From: an uncultured Thermoleophilia bacterium
GTDB lineage: Bacteria > Actinomycetota > Thermoleophilia > Gaiellales > Gaiellaceae
Length of the DNA: 64,000 nucleotides
NCBI GenBank assembly: GCA_963710465.1
Contig: CAVQAQ010000009.1
Location: 22,515-86,514 of the forward strand
Reading direction: 5' to 3'
Made by a program: the position numbers and the translations under genes
In this document: positions 58,969 through 64,000 of the stretch, in pieces
How the letters are laid out: each line of letters starts with the position of its first letter
How positions within the stretch are numbered: the stretch's first letter is position 1
The notes under the pieces: model-generated
Told to the model about the DNA's origin: nothing
The model's database searches: none
The model's input: the letters and a program-made list of their open reading frames with translations, nothing else

Positions 58969-60600
58969 TCAGCGGCAGTCGCCGTCGGTGTCGCCGAGCG
59001 CCGACGTGACGAGTGCCGTCGGGCCGTCGGCGGCGGCAAGTAGCAGGCGGCCCGACTGCCGGACGCGCAGGTCGGTCATGCCATCTCGCGCGCGCGCAAC
59101 GCAGACGGCGCCCCGCTTCACGTCCCAGTACGGCATGTAGCGCACGGCCAGCCGGTACGTGCCCGGCTCGGTGACGCGCGCGGCGATGCGGTCGTGGGTG
59201 AACGCGCCGACGTGTACGCGCCCCGGGCCGCGCAGGATCGGAAGCGGATCGCGCAGCTCGTAGATCCGCCAGTCGGCCGAGCGGTAGGCGAGCCGGAGGC
59301 CGGGCGCGCCGCGGAGCAGCAGCCGGGCCTCGCGGTCGGCGCCCTTCTTGCCGAGCGGGACGGAGGGGAGCAGGACGTAGCGCACGGCCAACCGCCGGAG
59401 CCAGTGGCGGTAGCCCGCCGGCGAGAGCGGGTCGCGGTAGAGCGCGCCGTTCTCGGCGATGTCGAGCTGGCGGTACCAGCCGCGGGCGAGCGGGAAGCCG
59501 GCGCGCGGGATGTACCAGGCCTCCCAGTGGTCGTAGGTCGGGACGACCTCCACCCGGAACGCGCCGCCGCGGTGCTCGTGCAGGAAGTGCAGCGCAGGCG
59601 CCCAGAAGGCGGCGGAGGAGGCACGCGAGTCCTCCGTCCGGTTGGCGACCGCGTTCGCGTACGGCACGACGTTGTAGACGAGCGCCAGGGCGAGCGCGAC
59701 GAGCGCGATGCCACGCGGCCGGAAGCGGGCCACCAGGACCGTCAGCAGCATCAGCGGGAAGACGACGGAGCGCAGGCGCGTGACGTTCTCGCCGACCGCC
59801 TCGGGGATGATGAAGAGCGCGACGGAGGCCAGCAGCCAGAAGCCGAAAAGGGCGGCGAGGATGCCGCCACGCGGTGCATTGAGCGCGACGATGACACCGA
59901 GCCCGGCAACGACGAGCACGGTGGCGAGCTCGATCCCGCGGAACGGGTAGCGGCCGCCCATCGGGAAGAGGCGCAACGCGGCGAGCTGGACACCCGCGGC
60001 GACGGTGAGGCCGGCGCAGAAGAGCGCGGCCCGCCGGTTGACCTCCCGGCGCGAGACCGCGACCGCCGCGAGCGCGATGACGAGGAACACGAAGGCCAGC
60101 GGGCTGAAGCCGAGCGTCAGCGCGCCGCAGCCGATCGCGAGCCAGATCCGCCCCGACTGCAGCGCCGCGATCGTCGCGAGCAGCATCGCGAAGCCTGCGG
60201 CGTAGCTGTAGGTGCCGGTGAAGATCGGCCCCGCGGCGAGCACGGCGAACGCGCGCGACGGCCACACCGCGGCGGAGCCCCACTCGCGCGTGCAGATCCG
60301 CTGGAAGAGGACGGCGGCGCCGACGACCGACGCGACGACGAGCGTCAGGTTCCCGATCGCCGCTGCGACCGGGTAGTACAGGAGGCTGTACGAGACGATC
60401 GGATACTGGCCGGCGAACCACAGGTTGTCCCAGAGGTAGACGTTCTGGTGGACGAGGAGCGTGCGGTAGAGGTGCGCCGGCACGTCGCCGCCGGTCGGCC
60501 CGGCGAGGACGACGACCGTCGCGGCAACGGCGGCAAGCAGGGCAGACAGCACCGGCTCGAGCCGGTTGGCTGGCATGGGAGGTGCGGCGTAGGGGGTCAC
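58969..60600 (-). CDS. Large polytopic membrane protein with a C-terminal soluble domain (GT-C-like glycosyltransferase architecture, tentative)
   Basis: Intact 543-aa ORF with about 9-10 TM spans, then a ~230-aa hydrophilic domain. ..YLWDNLWFAGQYPIVSYSLLYY... GTG at 60600, alternative ATG at 60576. Confidence 0.55.
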   Translation of the reverse strand: MTPYAAPPMPANRLEPVLSALLAAVAATVVVLAGPTGGDVPAHLYRTLLVHQNVYLWDNLWFAGQYPIVSYSLLYYPVAAAIGNLTLVVASVVGAAVLFQRICTREWGSAAVWPSRAFAVLAAGPIFTGTYSYAAGFAMLLATIAALQSGRIWLAIGCGALTLGFSPLAFVFLVIALAAVAVSRREVNRRAALFCAGLTVAAGVQLAALRLFPMGGRYPFRGIELATVLVVAGLGVIVALNAPRGGILAALFGFWLLASVALFIIPEAVGENVTRLRSVVFPLMLLTVLVARFRPRGIALVALALALVYNVVPYANAVANRTEDSRASSAAFWAPALHFLHEHRGGAFRVEVVPTYDHWEAWYIPRAGFPLARGWYRQLDIAENGALYRDPLSPAGYRHWLRRLAVRYVLLPSVPLGKKGADREARLLLRGAPGLRLAYRSADWRIYELRDPLPILRGPGRVHVGAFTHDRIAARVTEPGTYRLAVRYMPYWDVKRGAVCVARARDGMTDLRVRQSGRLLLAAADGPTALVTSALGDTDGDCR

Positions 60601-60654
60601 ATTCGGGGCCTGGTTCGCGTCGCCCGCGACGCGCCCGGACGGGGCGCGCCACGC

Positions 60655-62235
60655 TTGTACGGTTCGCGGATCATCCGCGTCGGCACAATCCTAGGTCTCC
60701 TCGCGGCTGCCTTCGCGGGCAGCGCGCACGCGCAGGCGTTCCGCGTCGTCGTCGTGCCGGGTCTGCAGGCGCACGAGCTGCGTACCGTCGCGTCTCACGG
60801 GGCCGTCGGCCTGCTCGTCCCGGGCGCCGGCCCGGAGACGAGCGCCCGTGCCGCGGCGGTGATGCTCGCGCAGGGCGTCGTCCGCAACTCGCTCCGGGGT
60901 GCGCCGCCGTCCGGGCCGGTGCGGATCCGGGTCGAGCAGTCGCGGTCGATCCCCACGGGCGGCCGGTTCATCGTCGTCGGGCTTCCGCAGGGCGGCGCCC
61001 AGCCGAACAACAGGCGCTACGGCATCGCGGTGGTCGCGCCGGGCTACGGGGGCCTGCTGACGTCGCCGAGCACGCGGATCCCCGGCCTGGTGTCGGTCGC
61101 TGATGTCGCCCCGACGGCGCTCGGGAAGTCCGGGGCGCTCGGCTCACGGGAAGAAGGTGATCCGCTGGGCGCACTCGCAACGCTCGACCGGCGGATCAGC
61201 GACGGGAACGCGTGGCGGACGCGCACGACGACGTGGGTGGAGATCGCGATCGGCGTGCTCGCGGTCGTGTCCGGGACCGTGGCCGTCGTCGGCGTCGCGG
61301 GCGTCTTGCTGGCCAACCTCCTCGCCGGCGCGCTCGGGATCGGCACCGGCGGCGGCGCCGCGCTGCTCCTGGCCGGCGCCGCGTGCGGTCTCGCCTTCGC
61401 CCGGCGACGTCCGCGTCCCGGCGTGCTCGCGGCGCTCATGGCCGGCGTGCTGGCCGCGTACCTCGTCTCGTTCGAGCTCGACGGCCGCTGGGTGGCGCTG
61501 TCGCCGTTCGGGCCGTCGCAGAACGCCCGCTTCTACGGGATCTCGAACCTGCTCGAGACGTTCCTGCTCGTGCCGGCGCTCGTCGGCGCCGCGGTGCTGC
61601 GGCGGCGGCCGTGGGCCGCTGCGGGCGTCGCGCTGCTCGCCTTCGTGATGATCGCCGGCAGCCGCTTCGGCGCCGACGGCGGCGGCGCGATCGTGCTCGG
61701 GGTCGGCTACGCGGTGCTCGTCGCCCTGTTCACGGGCGCCGGCCGGCGGACGCTGGTAGCCGCGGTGGCGGTCGGCATCGCGGCCGTGCTGGGCCTGCTC
61801 GCGCTCGACGCAGCGACGGGCGCGTCGAGCCACGTCACGCGGGCGCTGCGCACGGGCCCGGACGGCCTCGCGTCCGATCTCTGGGACCGCGTCAACCTGT
61901 CGTGGGACCACCTGACGGCGAACACCGGCACGATCGTCGCCACGGTGGTAGCGCTGGCGATTCTGGCCGCGCTCGTTGCACGCGTGTTGCTGCTGCGCCT
62001 GCCGGCCGCGCTGCCGCTGGCGTTCGCGGCGGCGATCGCAGCATCGATGGTCGTGAACGACTCGCCGAAGGAGGTCGCGGTCGCCGGTGCGGTGCTCTAT
62101 GCGGCGGTGGAGGCGTTCGCCCTGGGGCCGCGCAGCGCGGCAGGGCTCCTGGCGACCATCCCGTCACGCGCGCGAGCGCAGGCGTTTCCGGATCCAGACA
62201 CGTCGGGACAGCCCCCTTCGGGGACAGCCCCTTAG
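60655..62235 (+). CDS. Hypothetical membrane protein: secreted N-terminal domain followed by about 10 TM spans
   Basis: This is the C-terminal 526 codons of ORF 59194-62235. TTG at 60655 gives the signal-like ..[22 protein letters not shown]. Upstream of that the ORF is antisense to the previous gene. Confidence 0.5.
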   Translation: MYGSRIIRVGTILGLLAAAFAGSAHAQAFRVVVVPGLQAHELRTVASHGAVGLLVPGAGPETSARAAAVMLAQGVVRNSLRGAPPSGPVRIRVEQSRSIPTGGRFIVVGLPQGGAQPNNRRYGIAVVAPGYGGLLTSPSTRIPGLVSVADVAPTALGKSGALGSREEGDPLGALATLDRRISDGNAWRTRTTTWVEIAIGVLAVVSGTVAVVGVAGVLLANLLAGALGIGTGGGAALLLAGAACGLAFARRRPRPGVLAALMAGVLAAYLVSFELDGRWVALSPFGPSQNARFYGISNLLETFLLVPALVGAAVLRRRPWAAAGVALLAFVMIAGSRFGADGGGAIVLGVGYAVLVALFTGAGRRTLVAAVAVGIAAVLGLLALDAATGASSHVTRALRTGPDGLASDLWDRVNLSWDHLTANTGTIVATVVALAILAALVARVLLLRLPAALPLAFAAAIAASMVVNDSPKEVAVAGAVLYAAVEAFALGPRSAAGLLATIPSRARAQAFPDPDTSGQPPSGTAP

Positions 62236-63491
62236 AGGTCCTGCAGGAAGCTGGGCGGCTCGAGCGGGTCGGTCCGAGGCGATGAAGGCCGCCCCGAGAT
62301 CGGCTGGTCGTCGGCGATAAACGTCCGCCGCTTCGGCGCTCCGCCAAGGCCGGTCGCAACGACCGTCACCCAGACCTGGCCGGCGAGCCGCTCGTCGACG
62401 GTCGCGCCGAAGATGATGTTCGTCTCGTCGACGGCCGCCTGCTTGATCGCCTCGGCGGCCTCGTTGACCTCGTAGAGCGACAGGTCCTCGCCGCCCGCGA
62501 CTGACAGCAGGATGCCGCGCGCTCCGACGATCTCGGTCTCGATCAGCGGCGACTTGAGCGCCTTCTCGGCCGCATCGCGAGCACGGTTCTCGCCGGTCGC
62601 GTAGCCGATGCCCATCAGCGCCGAGCCGGCGTCCTTCATGACGGTGCGCACGTCGGCGAAGTCCAGGTTGATGAGCCCCGGCGTCGTGATCAGGTCGGTG
62701 ATGCCCTGCACGCCCTGGCGGAGGACGTCGTCGGCGAGCCTGAACGCGTCCAGCATCGAGGTCGAGCGATCGACGACGTCGAGCAGCCGGTCGTTGGGGA
62801 TGACGATGGTCGTGTCGCACGCCTCGCGGAGCTGCGTCAGCCCGAACTCGGCCGTCTGCCGGCGCTTGGTGCCCTCGAACTTGAACGGCGTGGTCACGAT
62901 CCCGACCGTGAGCGCGCCGAGGCCGCGCGCGATGCTTGCGACGACCGGCGCGGCCCCGGAGCCGGTGCCGCCGCCCTCGCCGGCGGTGACGAAGACCATG
63001 TCCGAGCCGCGCAGCGCGCGCTTCAGCTGATCGTAGGCCTCCTCGGCGGCACGCTTGCCGATGTCGGACTCGGAGCCGGACCCCAGCCCGCGGGTCAGCT
63101 CGCTGCCGATGTGAATCTTGAGCGGCGCCTCGCTCATCGCGAGCTGCTGCACGTCGGTGTTCACGGCGATGAACTCGACGTCGGCGACGCCTGCGTCGAT
63201 CATCCGGTTGACCGCGTTCAGGCCGGCGCCGCCGACGCCGACGACGCGGATGACGGCCAGGTAGGCCGCGGTCTCCGGCGCGGGTGCTCGATGCAGGCGC
63301 GGCCCTTGCTCGGGCAGCACCTCGAGCCGGTGGACGGTCGCGCCCTCGGGCTCCTCTTTCGGCGTCTCTCGCTCCGCCGGCGTGCGCTTCGGAGTGGCCT
63401 CGCTCTTGCGGGCCTGCTCCTGGGCGGCTTCCGTCGCCTTGAACAGCTCCGCAAGCGGTCCCTCGCGGAGGCTAGCGCGCTTTCGCGCCAT
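62232..63491 (-). CDS. ftsZ: Cell division GTPase FtsZ with a ~75-residue N-terminal extension
   Basis: [19 protein letters not shown], tubulin signature [16 protein letters not shown]7 loop [12 protein letters not shown]-terminal peptide [15 protein letters not shown] at 63491 lies 20 nt inside the upstream parA-like gene. The extension has coding-like third-position GC. Confidence 0.85.
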   Translation of the reverse strand: MARKRASLREGPLAELFKATEAAQEQARKSEATPKRTPAERETPKEEPEGATVHRLEVLPEQGPRLHRAPAPETAAYLAVIRVVGVGGAGLNAVNRMIDAGVADVEFIAVNTDVQQLAMSEAPLKIHIGSELTRGLGSGSESDIGKRAAEEAYDQLKRALRGSDMVFVTAGEGGGTGSGAAPVVASIARGLGALTVGIVTTPFKFEGTKRRQTAEFGLTQLREACDTTIVIPNDRLLDVVDRSTSMLDAFRLADDVLRQGVQGITDLITTPGLINLDFADVRTVMKDAGSALMGIGYATGENRARDAAEKALKSPLIETEIVGARGILLSVAGGEDLSLYEVNEAAEAIKQAAVDETNIIFGATVDERLAGQVWVTVVATGLGGAPKRRTFIADDQPISGRPSSPRTDPLEPPSFLQDL

Positions 63492-64000
63492 TGAGCACCT
63501 CCTTTGCCAGCTGTCGGTAGGAGTCCGCCGCCGGCCCGCTCGGGTCGTATTTGAGCACCGACGAGCCTTTCACCGGCGCTTCCGCAAAGCGGATCGTCTT
63601 GCGGATGCGCGTGTTGAACAAGAGGTCGCCGAAGTTCTCCTGGAGGATCTCGATCGCCTCGCGCGAGTGCAGCGTGCGACCGTCGAACATGGTCGGGAGG
63701 ATCCCGATGATCTTCACGTTCGGGTTGAGGTTCTCGCGGATCATCGTCATCGTGTTCTCGAGCTGTACGAGACCGCGCAGCGACAGGTACTCGCACTGGA
63801 CGGGAACGATCACGCCGCTCGAGGCGACGAGCGCGTTGATCGTCAAGAGCCCGAGCGACGGCGGCGTGTCGATGAGGATGTAGTCGTAGTCGTCCTTGAC
63901 GGCGAGCAGCGCCTTGTCGAGCGACCGCTCGCGGCCGATCGTCGCGCTCATCGCCAGCTCGGCGCCGGCCAGGTCGATCGACGAGACGGCGATGTCGATC
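63472..64000 (-). CDS. ParA/Soj-family ATPase, C-terminal part; the 5' end lies outside the window
   Basis: ..[85 protein letters not shown]... The frame is open to the window edge. Confidence 0.8.
   Translation of the reverse strand, partial: IDIAVSSIDLAGAELAMSATIGRERSLDKALLAVKDDYDYILIDTPPSLGLLTINALVASSGVIVPVQCEYLSLRGLVQLENTMTMIRENLNPNVKIIGILPTMFDGRTLHSREAIEILQENFGDLLFNTRIRKTIRFAEAPVKGSSVLKYDPSGPAADSYRQLAKEVLNGAKAR

Noticed and set aside
62210-62232. Direct repeat GGGACAGCCCC-TTC-GGGGACAGCCCC at the convergent ends of the membrane-protein gene and ftsZ, considered as a terminator
   Set aside because: It lies inside the coding sequence of the plus-strand gene (..[10 protein letters not shown]). 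It forms only a 4-bp CCCC/GGGG stem, which is too weak to call.
1-64000. Mobile elements, prophage, CRISPR arrays, rRNA/tRNA genes
   Set aside because: No transposase, integrase or phage-like translations appear in any frame. There are no regularly spaced repeats. Intergenic gaps are too short and lack tRNA-like sequence. The only repeats seen are the paralogous cyclase genes and the short inverted repeats listed above.

Overview
Very GC-rich (about 70% or more by eye, not computed), gene-dense chromosomal segment that looks Actinomycetota-like. I can support about 60 protein-coding genes. Many are chained by 1-4 nt start/stop overlaps (GTGA, ATGA, TGATG). I saw no rRNA, tRNA, CRISPR array, transposase or integrase.

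Functional blocks, left to right:
- Desaturase 3' end.
- Operon of a LolA-like protein plus an ABC-2 exporter.
- Envelope cluster: flippase-like membrane protein, OmpR/HK two-component pair, GT4 glycosyltransferase, NodB deacetylase, MFS transporter.
- Cupredoxin gene.
- MoxR-DUF58-VWA (Bat-like) operon with an extra secreted Cys-containing protein.
- Copper cluster: CopC-CopD-YtkA fusion, YcnI/DUF1775, His-rich lipoprotein.
- NlpC/P60 operon.
- Secreted glycoside hydrolase, then moeA and a LysE exporter.
- Mosaic leucine/isovalerate catabolic cluster: MCCase beta and alpha, enoyl-CoA hydratase, acyl-CoA dehydrogenase, pepA.
- MBL-rhodanese fusion.
- Three tandem zinc-ribbon / class III cyclase / P-loop STAND / TPR genes, directly downstream of MFS-meaB-ilvA.
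- A decayed SARP-STAND fragment abutting hisC.
- Secreted beta-helix protein, ggt, and two large polytopic membrane proteins.
- ftsZ with a long N-terminal extension, overlapped by an upstream parA-like gene.

Most notable observations:
1. The coupled cyclase-STAND triplet.
2. The parA-ftsZ coupling and the FtsZ N-terminal extension.
3. Single-nucleotide frameshifts confined to discrete blocks. They are mostly in the same direction and often at G/C runs, which suggests consensus error rather than decay, but this needs read-level checking.
4. An AT-rich perfect 20-bp inverted repeat between two convergent genes.

All family calls rest on motifs read by eye from the translations. No searches were run. 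Start codons and frameshift positions are estimates (about +/-10 nt).
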